Below, piece by piece: positions 11,117 to 23,378 of a stretch of DNA of 64,000 nt (positions are counted from its first letter, which is position 1; every line of letters starts with the position of its first letter). The notes below the pieces were generated by a model, which saw nothing but the letters and a program-made list of their open reading frames with translations, searched no databases and was not told the DNA's origin. Both the position numbers and the translations under genes were made by a program. Source of the stretch: Octopus vulgaris. Taxonomy: Eukaryota. The stretch is from assembly GCA_951406725.2 (NCBI GenBank), contig OX597827.1, positions 39,432,001 to 39,496,000 on the forward strand, in the 5' to 3' direction.

Positions 11117-11620
11117 AGGTGCAATGGCCCAGTGGTTAAGGCAGTGGACTCGCGGTCATAGGATCACTGTTTCGATTCACAGACTGCGCATTGTGAGTGC
11201 TTATTGAGCGAAAATGCCTAAAGCTCCACGACGCTCCAGCAAGGGGTGGTGGTGAACCCTGCTGTATTCTTTCACCACAACTTTCTCTCACTCTTTCTTC
11301 CATTTTCTCTTGTACCTGTATTTCAAAGGGCCAGCCTTGACACACTCTGTGTCATGCTGAATCTCCCTGGGAACTATGCTAAAGGTACACACGTCTGTGG
11401 AGTGCTCAGCTACTTGCATGTTAATAAATGAGCTATGATGTCACTGGTGCTAAGCTGTATCACTTTTTGCCTTTCCCTCAAATAACATCGGTGGTGTGGA
11501 GAGGGGAGGCGGGTTGCATGGGCGACTGCTGGTCTTCCATAAACAACCTTGCCCAGACTTGTGCCTGGGAGGGGAACTTTCTAGGTGCAATCCTATGGTC
11601 ATTTATGACCGAAAGGGGTC
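11117..11620 (+). mobile_element. tRNA-derived SINE family B (long form)
   Basis: A box tggcccagtggtt, B box gtttcgattc, body ttattgagcgaaaa...aagctccacga; copies at 16211, 27095 and 59420. Confidence 0.8.
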
Positions 11621-11681
<61 letters not shown>

Positions 11682-11740
11682 TGCCATTCCATTAACATAT
11701 GACCAACAAAAAAGTACTCCATCCAGTGAGAGATAAATAT

Positions 11741-12013
11741 CATTTAATGTATAAAGATATGAACTACTAATAGTTTCTTGCATTGGAGATGTGGATCTAG
11801 GCAGGTTTTTATGACACACCTTATGTCCCCGAGCAATCTTTAAGCATTGAGTACATGGTCTATTCAAGGTCCTGTTTTCTCAATTGAATAAACTATGTAC
11901 TTAGGGCTCAAAGATTGCCCAGGGACATAAAGCATGTTATATAAACCTGCCTAGACTGATGTCTCCAATACCAGAAACTCTAGTAGCTCATATCTTTATA
12001 CTATGAACATTAA

Positions 12014-12061
<48 letters not shown>

Positions 12062-12171
12062 TTAATGTTCATAGTATAAAGATATGAGCTACTAGAGTTT
12101 CTGGTATTGGAGACATCAGTCTAGGCAGGTTTATATAACATGCTTTATGTCCCTGGGCAATCTTTGAGCCC

Positions 12172-12173
<2 letters not shown>
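11741..12173. repeat. Fold-back repeat: older imperfect IR (11741-11866 / 11885-12013) plus perfect palindrome 11902-12173
   Basis: Arms compared base by base. Confidence 0.9.
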
Positions 12174-12204
<31 letters not shown>

Positions 12205-12215
12205 ATATGAGCCCC

Positions 12216-12255
<40 letters not shown>

Positions 12256-12269
12256 ATATATATATATAT

Positions 12270-13241
12270 CAGGTCATTAAGAATGAAATGTCTGTTATGC
12301 ACCAAGTTTGACAGTTGTTAATTCTAATGTTTTATCCTGACAATTCTTTGTTTTACAATATTGAAGAGTTACATCATCACTTTTTGAAATGCAATTCATA
12401 GTGCCTGATTATGTTGTGAGTTTTCTCTTGTAAATCAATTTTTGTGAACCCATAGATAGATAAAAAAAAATTCGTGTTGTTTATGAATATGAGTTCTGTC
12501 GTGGAAACAGTGCATCCCAGACAGCTTGAAACATCAATGTGGTGTTTGGTGAAGATGTGACAAATGAGTGCACTGTATGACGATGGTTTGAGAAGTTCCG
12601 GTCTGGTGACTTTTCTCTTGAAAATCAGTCCCATGGTAGACCTGAGACCAAGGGTGATAATTATGAGCTGGGAACTGTAGTGGAAGCGGATACATCTCAA
12701 ACTAGGCTAGAGTTAGCAGCAAGGTTTGATGTTTCGATTCCAACTTTATTGGATCATCTGAAACAAATCAGTTAGGTAAAGAAGCTGGACAAGTGGGTAC
12801 TGCATGAACTGAACAAGCATCAAATGACACGTTGTCTTGAAACTTGCTGTTCTTTGCTGTCATGGCATAAAAGCGAACCATTTTTGCATTTTTGCATCGT
12901 ATTGTTATGTGTGATGGAAAATGGATTCTTTTCAACAATAGCAAGCGTTCTGCATGGCAGTTGGGTAGAGATGAAGTGCCAAAACACAACCCAAAAAAGA
13001 AGAATATTCACCAAAAAATGCAATTGTGTCTGTTTGGTGGTCCAGTGCTGGTGTCATCCACTACAGCTTCAAGAGATCTGGTAAGTCAATTACAGCAGAG
13101 GTATACATCAACCAACTGGATGAAATGATGAGTGAACTTGCAATTAAACAACTGAGATTGGTCAATAGAGAAAGGCCAATTCTCTTGCATGACAATGCTC
13201 GACAACATGTTGCACAAAGAACACTACTCGAGTTACAGGAA
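12270..13241 (+). mobile_element. Decayed mariner transposon (Hsmar1/SETMAR-like transposase), 3'-truncated at (CA)n
   Basis: RWFEKFRSGDFSLENQSHGRP, KLDKWVLHEL, RIVMCDGKWILFNN, SVWWSSAGVIHY, ILLHDNARQH across frameshifted ORFs 12824-13084, 12892-13128 and 13026-13241. Confidence 0.92.
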
Positions 13242-13260
13242 CACACACACACACACACAT

Positions 13261-13315
<55 letters not shown>

Positions 13316-13317
<2 letters not shown>

Positions 13318-13722
13318 GAGAATTCACGAAAAAAAAAACCAAAAGACGAAGACAGGTGGTGTAGACAACAAACAAATGTATTAGTTTAACACTTGGGAAG
13401 TGAAAAATCTTTAACATTTCGAGGAGAGAAAATAAAGAATATGTAGTGGGTAAGAAACAACAATAGGAAAAAGCAGAAAGTACAAAAAAGTTTTTAAAAA
13501 GTGCAAAAAGTTCATAAACTTCATATGTGTGTATATAGGTCGATAGCCACTACACATTCTTTATTTTCTCTCCTTGTTTCTTTCTGTGTTCCTTTCTGTG
13601 GAAGAGCATAGGCTCGAAACATTAAAGACTTTTTCACTTCCCGAGCATTATACTAATACATCTGTTTGTTGTCTACACCATCTGTCTTAATCTTTTGGGT
13701 TTTTTTTTATGAATTGTCCCCC
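13316..13722. mobile_element. Inverted pair of pLTR-like repeats between microsatellites
   Basis: 13316-13450 (-) is inverted relative to 13548-13722 (+); the latter holds an HHR. Confidence 0.75.
13592..13627 (+). ncRNA. Minimal hammerhead, variant core CUGUGGA
   Basis: cuuu CUGUGGA A gagc auag gcuc GAAAC AUU aaag: stems I and II pair perfectly. Confidence 0.7.
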
Positions 13723-13810
13723 TATACATACATACACACACACATATATATATATGTATATATATGTATGTATATGTATATATATGTATGTATATGTATA
13801 TATATGTATG

Positions 13811-13857
<47 letters not shown>

Positions 13858-14145
13858 CCACTATAGCCTCAGGCTAACCAAAGCCTGTGAGTGTATTTCG
13901 TGCACGGAAACTGAAAGAAGACTGTCATATATATGTGTATATTTGTGTGTATGTGTTTGTACCCACACCATCGCTTGACAATAGATGTTACTGTGTTTAC
14001 GTCCCCGTAACTTAGTGGTTCGGCGAAAGACCCCGATAAAATATGTACTAAGCTTACAAAGATTAAATCCTGGGGTCGATTTGTTCAATGAAAAGCAGTG
14101 CTTAAGCATGACCGCAGTCACATAACTGAAACAAATAAAACAATA
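13858..14145 (+). mobile_element. SINE family C, 5'-truncated
   Basis: ctatagcctcagg...aaagcctgtgagtg...ggaaactgaaagaag, internal (TG)n, tail gtccccgtaacttag...cagtcacataactgaaacaa. Confidence 0.7.
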
Positions 14146-14269
14146 AAAAACTATGCCATTTCAACCCCGAGCAACGCCGGGTATCTCTGCTAGGGTAATA
14201 TATATATATCCACATGCACACACACACACACATACATATACACATATATATACATGCATGTATAGGTAA

Positions 14270-14315
<46 letters not shown>

Positions 14316-14881
14316 TTGTGTGTGTGTGTTTGTGCGCGCACGTGTGTATGTGCGTATGTATGATGTATGTGTATGCGCGTGTGTATGGTGTGTGCGTAGT
14401 GTATGTCTGTGTATGGTGTGTGTGCGCGCACAATGAGTGACGTTGAGGCATAGAAATATATTAAGCAGAAATAAAAAAATATGTAAACGAATTCATGATG
14501 TAAGGGAGATCACTCTGGTAAATACCCTGATCATTTTTCCAAACTGGTCAAGTGGTGATGAAAGTTGGCTTGACTTGCAATATTAGTCACCTTGCAAGAT
14601 GCTAAGTTCAAACCGCATCCAGACCAATTTCTTTTTATACTCCTCGAATGGCGAGGGTCAATAAAATGGCATTTTTTTCATTATCGAGTTTCAATAAACG
14701 CTATGAAGCACACATACACACGCTACCCTCCTTCCTCCTCGTCCAACTCCTTCTCGTCGTCATCCTCCTCATCCTCCTCAATAACAGTCATAGTTGAAGG
14801 AGAAAACAAAAATTAAAATGTAGTATAGTTTAAATCTTGATCGTGTATACTTTACCTTTCATCCTTCTAAGGTCAGTCAAA

Positions 14882-14918
<37 letters not shown>

Positions 14919-14967
14919 ATTTGTATTTGTCCCCTCTGAATTCAGCCCTGCGTGGCTAATAAAAGAA

Positions 14968-15026
<59 letters not shown>

Positions 15027-15696
15027 GTAGATGGGGGTCGACGTAATCAACTATACCAACGATGGTGGTGCTTTAGCATGGCCACAGCCAATGACTGAAC
15101 TCAGTAAAAGAATTAAAGAGAGAGTGACTACCTGGCTGCCGCCTCGCCTCTACCTCATACTCGAAGATGTCTCCGAGTTCTTTGTATCGGTTCACTAAAC
15201 GTTGTTATTATGTCCAATGTGGAAAAGGCTGCGAACCAGCATGAATCGTTACCAAACCGGTTAAAAAGTATTTCTTCCAGTTTGTTACGTTCTGAGCTCA
15301 AATGCCGCACGCACACACACACAACACATAGTAGATGCAGTGTAGCCGAATGGTCAAGAAGTCCCCTTCGCAATCATGTGATCTGTGTTTCGATTCTATT
15401 GTGTGGTACCTCGGACAAGTTTCATTTTCTATAGCCTCGGGTCGATCCATACCTTGAGTGTGAAATTGGGTGGACAGAAACTGTAAGGAAGCCTGTCAGT
15501 TGGATTGTACCTGTAATCCAAAGGCTCAGTTTGTCGCGGTAATTCTACATGGGAATTACATCATGGGTATACGTGCCTGTGGAACACTCAACTACTTATA
15601 CGCTAATTCAATGAATCAGGTAGCATAGTTGCTGTATAACTGAACACTCTTGGTCGGAGATTCTAATCAAGATCCAGTAATATATCACACACACAA

Positions 15697-15925
15697 GGCG
15701 GCGAGCTGCCAGGATCGTTACCGCGCCGGGCAAAATGCGTAGCGGCATTTTGCTTGTCCTTAAGTTCTAAGTTCAAATTCTGCTACGGTCGACTTTGCCT
15801 TTCATCCTTTCGGATGTCAATAAAATAAGTACCAGTTGAACACTGGGGTCGATGTAATCGACTTACCCACTTCCCCGAAAGTGGGCAGTGGCTAAGTGTT
15901 GGTCTTGTGCCAAAATTTGAAACCA
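15697..15925 (+). mobile_element. SINE family A
   Basis: ggcggcgagctgccaggatcgttaccgcgccgggcaaaatg...gccaaaatttgaaacc. Confidence 0.8.
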
Positions 15926-16210
15926 CTATCACACATGCTAGTCAAGGATAGAAATGAAGGGAAATAACTCATTCTAAAAGTAATCAATGTTACATAAATG
16001 TGTTAATCGTTTAATCTATGTTTAATCTATCCATCAGAGGAATTAGCTCTGTCAATTTCGGAAGACTACCTACTTAGGTTATAATTTTGGTAGGATTTGA
16101 ACACCACAATTCATGTTTCGGATAAAGAAACATTAGTCAAAAACTTTCGTGTTCTCTCGCCAGTAAACTATCTCTCCCGTGATTTTGCTTCAATTAATTA
16201 CAAATAAAGT

Positions 16211-16512
16211 GGAGGCGCAATGGCCCAGTGGTTAGGGCAGCGGACTCACGGTTTTAATTCCCAGACCGGGCGTTGTGTGTGTTTATTGAGCGAAAACATC
16301 TAAAGCTCCACGAGGCTCTGGCAGGGGATGTTGGCGACCCCTGTTGTACTCTTTCGCCCCAACTTTCTCCCACTCTTTCTTCCTGTTTCTTGAGTAACGC
16401 TGCGATGGACTGGCGTCCCGTCCAGCTGGGGGGAACACATACGCCACAGAAACCGAGAAACCGGGCCCATGAGCCTGGCTAGGCTTAAAAAGGGCTCATA
16501 AATAAATAAAAA
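16211..16512 (+). mobile_element. tRNA-derived SINE family B (short form) with (TAAA)n tail
   Basis: ggaggcgcaatggcccagtggttagggcagcggactc. Confidence 0.8.
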
Positions 16513-16678
16513 ATTACAAATAAACAACTACTTTTTTTCATGGTACTTTATTTACAGCTGAATATACTGATTCTCTGTTTTATATATAATATTAATTTAT
16601 AGCTAGGTGAAATATACCCCTGCATAGGTCCTATCTAGAGACAAGGAGACTGGGCTATTTTGATGCAAGTCCCTGAAT

Positions 16679-16895
16679 AATGGTTTCAAATTTTGGAGCA
16701 CGGTCGGCAAGTTTGAGGGAGTGGCTAAGTCGATTACATTGACCCCAGTGCACGGCTGATACTTACGTTATCGATCTCAAAAGGATGAAAGGCAAAGTTG
16801 ACCTCGGCGGAATTTGAACTCAAAACATAAAGGCGGGCGAAATGCCGCTAAGCATTCTGTCCGGCGCGCCTATGGTTCTGCCAGCTCGTCGCCTT
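16679..16895 (-). mobile_element. SINE family A
   Basis: Reverse complement of the 15697 copy. Confidence 0.8.
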
Positions 16896-17563
16896 CTTAA
16901 GTCTCTTAATAACGGATACAACATACTGAAGTGCGGATGGCGTGAGTGTGTGTGTTCTACATAGAGAGAAAGACAGATAGATAGAGACAAAAAGAAAGAT
17001 AGCCCCTACAGAAGCTCTTAGGACAGGGTATTAGACAATTTTCATAAAACAGAAGATGAGTCTCACTTCACCTGGAAAGGATACTGATGTATTGCATGGA
17101 ATATTTCCAGATGAAATCGTATTATATGTTTCCTCGTAGGGCGATCTGAGGCAAGGCAAAATTCAACTATACGAGCCCCACAAACTATAAAGAGCAAATG
17201 CTTAGAGTGGATTTGAACTGAAGACCTTTCGCATCGGACTTCAGTACTATTGTTAATGCTGTCGTTTAGCCTCCTGAGCAACCCTGACTTACCAGACTTA
17301 GGGTCAAGGGCATTTTATCAGTGACCACCCCGTTTTTTTTCCTACCGTACTATTTTTGTATTCTTTTTCTAAGAAAGTAGTATTTATGATTTGATAGAAA
17401 TTTAGCTGCTGTCTTTAAGCAATTCAAATAACCAGATAAAGGCTGGTATCGTTAGCTTATAACAATCGCGTTTCTAGTACAGTCTGTGTGGCAGGATAAT
17501 AGATATTACCAATATTCTGGCTGGTTGCTTGACACAGCATTAACGCGAATTTACGTTGTGGAA

Positions 17564-18586
17564 GGCAACCATACTGTGAGGTGAACTCAAAATAATTATT
17601 AACTGAAATTATAACCCTAACGAACGAAAAAAAAAAATTAATCATCAGTGATAAAGAACTTGTTCTTAGAGAAGAAAAAGTAGGAACTTCCGTAATTACA
17701 ATCAACCAAAAATTAAGTTTAATTATGCAGTGAGCGGACAGAATGCGTCTGATTTTTGGCAGACATGCTGACCACATCGGACAACAGTTTAGTCCTCTTT
17801 AATGAAACATTCTATCACTCTCTCCCTCTACATGACTATATTTATATAATATTTAAATTTAATTTTTTGCTGATAGAAATTTTGGTAATGTTTCCTTTGT
17901 CTTTCTTTGATCATAAAAGGGAAAGACTTCCGCCCATCTCCCCACCCCCATTTCCTCCCAAATTTGTTTATTTTTGTAATTATTTTGCCAAAAAAATCCC
18001 CGTTTTCGGATACGAAGGTTCCGGAAAATTGCCAAAAATCGGCATCGTGAAATCTCACCCACCTTTCCCCACCAACTTCTTCAATTTTGACTTTTTTCCC
18101 CAACAGTAACCCTAACCTTAAAACCCTAACACTAAAACCCTAACCCTAAAACCGTAACCGTAACCCTAAAACCCTAACCCTAACCCTAAAACCGTAACCA
18201 TAAGTACAGAAATGTTTTGAAATTTTTGTCCGAATCATGTCCGTATTTTCTGCATATTTATAAAAAAAATTCTTAAAAAAAATTTTACAAAGATTTTTGG
18301 AAATTTTTTTCAGAATCCTAATCTCCGTATTTTCCCGCATATTTTGAAAAACATTATTGTGAAAAAAGTAAAAAATGAAGGAGGTGGGGTGGTAATTTAG
18401 AAATGTCGATTTTAAACAATTTTTTTTGCAGATTCGTATTCCCCGTAGCCGAAAAGGGGGGTTTGTATAAAAAAATAAAAATCTTTTTAAAGGGTGATTT
18501 TTTTGTGGGGGAACGGGCTTGCCTATAAAAGTTACAATTTCAATTAGTTAAAAATATTTTCGGTTCACCACGTTAAATATAGTACC
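17564..18586. mobile_element. ~1-kb non-autonomous DNA element with imperfect terminal IRs and internal telomere-like repeats
   Basis: ggtgaactcaaaata (17580-17594) vs tattttcggttcacc (18555-18569); TAACCC/TAAAACCC array at 18108-18200; no TSD found. Confidence 0.5.
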
Positions 18587-19017
18587 CTACCCTATATTAT
18601 ACTATACATACGTACATACATACATATACATACATAACGCACACGCACGCACCCCCACATAAATATATATAGAGAGACACATACTGAGAGATATAATATA
18701 GTTACTTTAATCTACAAATTTAGAAACTCCCTTAAACAAAAGAGGATTCAATACGCAAAAATTTAGAATGAAATATTTTATTTATCCACAGAGCGTCCAA
18801 CGATTGTATAAAGGTTTCAAAACTGACGTAAGTCTATTACTTTTTTCTGGGCAGAAACCAATAGAATCAGGCACGCACGCACGCGCGCGCGCACATACAC
18901 ACAGTCACTCACAGACGGCCATAGATACATACATGAACGTATATACATGGAGTATGTATTTAATATTAGTCAATGATCATCCGTCTTCGTCAACTATTTG
19001 TTTCTAAAATATAATTG

Positions 19018-19428
19018 GGATCTTTTCGGTTTGAACGGCAGTTTTTAACATAATTTCTAGATAACTAAACACTTTTAAACTTCGTATACTGGTAGAATGT
19101 GTTTATAAAACATCTTTTTCTCTTGGCTTTATTGAGAAAATTCTATAGTTCGTGAGATATTTGTTGTTTTTTTTCTTCAATTTCTGCAATTTCAACCAAT
19201 CACTGACGTCTATTGAGGTAAAAAAACATTCTGTGCCGTACGAATATGTCGCTCGTTTAAGAAACAGATTGGGTTTATTTACATTTGTGAAGAAAAAAGA
19301 TACCCTTCCCTCCACCCCTAACCCTAAAACAGATTGAAATGCAATAGATCGATACTAGGGTCATAATTATGGGTGACAATTTCGTATGACACCGCTAGAA
19401 AAAACTGCCGTTCAAACCGAAAAGATCC
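19018..19428 (+). mobile_element. MITE with 29-bp TIR (GGATCTTTTCGGTTTGAACGGCAGTTTTT) and 8-bp TSD tataattg; Merlin-like
   Basis: TIRs and TSD read directly (19010-19017, 19429-19436); the superfamily is inferred from GG termini plus 8-bp TSD. Confidence 0.9.
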
Positions 19429-20981
19429 TATAATTGTTTTAACTAAATAAAATGTTGGTATTATTGTTGAGTTTTTAACTGGTGTTCTTTAACCTAACCT
19501 ACTATCTCTAACTCACACATGCATACAAACAAACTTTTCCTAGCATACACACACATACTTTGACGCATTCTCTCTACTATATGCACTCAATAGCATTCAT
19601 ATTATTGTTTATATTTTACTGTTGTTTTTATCCTTCTCTTTCCAACACAGACGTAAATGTTCTTTCTAATACATTCTCTCCTTTTCTCTCTCTAACACAC
19701 ATAATCGTACTTTCTCTTTTGCTCGCTCTTGGTCTATTTCACACACTTATTTTAATGCACATATGCACACATTTTCTTTCTCTCTCCGCTCTTTGTCTGT
19801 CTCTCTCGTGCACGCAGACATTGCATTAGCCTGTCTAATTATCAACATTATAGAAATATATTACACGATAAAACATGAGAGAGAAAGGAAAGAGAGAGAG
19901 AGAGAGAGATGGGAAGAACAAATGTTTTTAAAAAAACCATTGACCCCCCCCCCCCCATCTCGCCCCCATCATCATCACCACTAACAGGTCTTAATTGCTT
20001 TTTTCTTTGTGTGTGTGAGGTGGGGAGCACAACAAAAAATGTGAAAATATGTGTGCGCGTGTGTGTGTGTGTAAGAGAGGGAGGGTGTGGGGGAGAAAGA
20101 GAGAATCAGTGAAAATGAGAGAATCCACAAAAAATTTAAATGAGTATATTTTTGAGAGAAAGATATGCACGAATGCAAGCATGGTTGAGTTGTTAAGAAG
20201 TTTGTTCCGCAATCATTCGGTTCCCAGTTCGGTATCACTGAGTTGATATCAGTGAAATCTCTCTTTTTTTTTTTCATTGCCTCGGATCGGCCAAAAGCTT
20301 CTGGGTTAAATTAGGTAGCTGGATGGACTGCAACTGCAAATCAAAGGGACAGCCTAGCCATACATATTATGCCACAGTACGTCTACCTGACGGTTACATT
20401 AGGGGTACAATTGTTTGAGGAATAGCCAATCATTTACATTTAGAACTCAATCACTAGGCAGTTCGGTTGATTAAACAACTAGAATATGCTTCAGCGAGCC
20501 CATCAAAAATCCATTTATTTTACTTTTTATGAAGGAAAATAAAGGACAGATGAGAAGAGAAAGACAAGGGAATATGAATGTATATTACACATGAAAAATT
20601 TAATTGTAGTCGTAATGGTAGTGGTGGTGTTTGAGGTTTTAGGAGCTCTTCTATTGTGAGATTTTACCCCTCCACTTTACAGTACTCACTGTTGTCACAC
20701 TTTGGTTGAGACAACAGTTTGTTTGTCTGTCTGTCTGACGGCAATATGATCATCATCAACAACAACAACCGCACAATAACGGGCTCCAGTGTTAATTTAT
20801 GGTTCAATGATTAAATATAGGAATGTGGTGTAGGATTGAGCGATAGGCATCCAAATAAAAACATAATTGCTCCAGACTAAACCAAACAAACAAAAACACA
20901 TCACCGCCCATGCCAGAATTGAATAACTGGATGTAAAAGCAGGAGGAACTCTCTCTCTCTCATACACATACACAAATAAAT

Positions 20982-21054
<73 letters not shown>

Positions 21055-21177
21055 CGGCTAGCCAAATCTCCTCCCGAAATCTTTCCCTAATGTCTTATAA
21101 TTAGAAGGATATAAGTCGTGGTCCCAAATATAGCATTTATGAATTAAAGATTGGATGGTCATGATTAAAATGTCTTT

Positions 21178-21595
21178 GGATCTTTTCGGTTTGAACGGCT
21201 GTTTTTTCTAGCGGTGTCATATGAAATTGTCACCCATAATTATGACCCTAGTATATATCTATTGCATTTCAATCTGTTTTAGGATTAGGGTTAGAGGTGG
21301 GGGAAGGGTATCTTTTTTTTCTTCAGAAATGTAAATAAACCCAATCTGTTTCTTAAACGAGAGACATATTCATACGGCACAGAATGTTTTCACCTCAAAA
21401 GACATCATTGATTGGTTGAAATTGCAGAAATTGAAGAAAAACAACAACAAATATCTTACAAGCTATAGAATTTTCTCAATAAAGCCAAGAGAAAAAGATG
21501 TTTTATAAACACATTCTACCAGTATACGAAGTTTAAAAGTGTTTAGTTACGTGGAAATTATTTAAAAAAAACTGCCGTTCAAACCGAAAAGATCC
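21178..21595 (-). mobile_element. Second copy of the same MITE, opposite orientation, 8-bp TSD atgtcttt
   Basis: TSD at 21170-21177 and 21596-21603; internal sequence is the reverse complement of 19018-19428. Confidence 0.9.
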
Positions 21596-22292
21596 ATGTC
21601 TTTGATCATAGGTCTGCTGGATTAGGGCTGACATGGTGGTAAACAATACAACCAACAAAGCAGTTTCAATGTGGTCCTAGTTTTTGATCACACTCTATCG
21701 TCTTAGAAATGGAAGAACTCATTACATAATGTGGTTCTAAATATACTATATCTGATTGAAAGACAGGATGGTCATGCATGGTATATCTATGATCATAATT
21801 TTGTCAGCTCGGTCACATCATCGTCAACAATAACAAAACAGCAGAGCTAGTGAGAGCCTCAACGTGGTCATTCGAACTGTTAGAAATAGTAGCCAAATTT
21901 CCTTCAAATCACACCCTATCGTCTTAAGAGAAGAAAAGACATTAAATATTATAGTCCTAGAATATACTACGTCACAATAAGAGATGAACTGGTCACGGCT
22001 GGAACGCATTCATCATCAAGTCTGCTCAACTTGCTGACGCAGGGACTAAACATCACCAACATAACCCGGTGCATTCCTAGAACACTATTACAACACCTTT
22101 CTTCAATAAAATCTAATGTTTAACGCTTTTGTCATTCCAATAATTCTTGTATTTCTATTTCTTTATTTATTTTGTCATTTACTGGGTTTGGGTGGGAATG
22201 GCAGTGCCCATTATTTTCACAGGTCCTCTAAGACCGCCGCAGGTCGATGCAGTCAATGTTTCGCTTAAACTGTTACTAGTCAACACCATATA

Positions 22293-22479
22293 GCAATGCA
22301 TCGCAACCTACTTTCACTTGCGGCACACTTATATTCTTTTCAAAATTCGGCGGCACACTTGAACTAAAAATATAACTAAAAGTATAGGGGGAAAAAAATT
22401 ATATTCTGGTTACACTGCGGCACCTAACATCGTCTCTTGGTATACCATTGTGCCGCGGCGTACTAGTTGTGGAGCACTG
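22293..22479. mobile_element. Decayed hAT/Charlie-like MITE
   Basis: Ends caatgcatcgcaac... / ...gttgtggagcactg; internal gcggcacac repeats. Confidence 0.5.
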
Positions 22480-22861
22480 CCTTATAGTAAAACGTGAGCA
22501 AAGTAGGTGCACTAAAGCGCCGATGTCTTGATGAGGAAGGAGTGGACAAAGTGACTACTGTGGGGCCTGACGAATTGGACACGACATGAATGGTAAAGGG
22601 AGGAGAGGCAAGTGATTTGATAGTGTCTGAATGGGGGTGACACGATACTAACCAGCTCCCAAGATGCATGTACCAACATAGTTGCGGTAGAAAAAGAGGA
22701 GAGAAAATACAACACTCCAGAGAGCCAGACGATGGAATATCTGAGTAGAATGCAGCTCGGACTATTTGTTTGCGTCAGCAGCAGCGCCTCTTCTTATGAA
22801 GAAGCGAAGCTCTATTGTTGACAAGTTCTGAAGTACTTCCTAGTTCTGAATGATCTTTTCT

Positions 22862-23050
22862 ACAAGGCCTGAAATTATTGGGGTGGGGGGGTTACTTGAT
22901 TTCATCGCCCTCCATGATCACCAGGTACTTATTCTATCAAGCCTGAAAGGATGAAAAGCTAAGTCGACTTCCGTTGAATTTGAACTCAGAACATAAAGCC
23001 GTAAGAAATGTCGCTAAGCATTTTGACCGTCGAGCTAACGATTGTGTCGC
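22862..23050 (-). mobile_element. SINE family A, decayed
   Basis: aaggatgaaaagctaagtcgac...gaatttgaactcagaac...gctaagcatttt. Confidence 0.65.
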
Positions 23051-23244
23051 ATGAATAGAAATCATTCGCCCTTTACTGGTCTCCATCTTATCGACTCCGG
23101 AATTTATGAATAGCAAAGCCGATTCTAATGAATTCAAAGCAGCGCAGTTAAAAACTGCAAAGCATTTTCAGTCCAAATCTTTAACATATCTTGCTCTGGT
23201 TTCAGACGAGGTGTAGTAATCACAACTTCCTTATCGAACACGCA

Positions 23245-23378
<134 letters not shown>

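Noticed and set aside
11117-11190. tRNA genes at SINE heads (also 16211, 37760, 39361)
   Set aside because: A/B boxes are present but there is no complete cloverleaf, and they run into repeat bodies.
11950-11985. ctaga CTGATGT...GAAAC TC tag as a hammerhead
   Set aside because: A9 is missing and no stem II can form.
12455-13241. Domesticated SETMAR-like gene
   Set aside because: Multiple stops and frameshifts, truncated before the third catalytic Asp, no SET domain.
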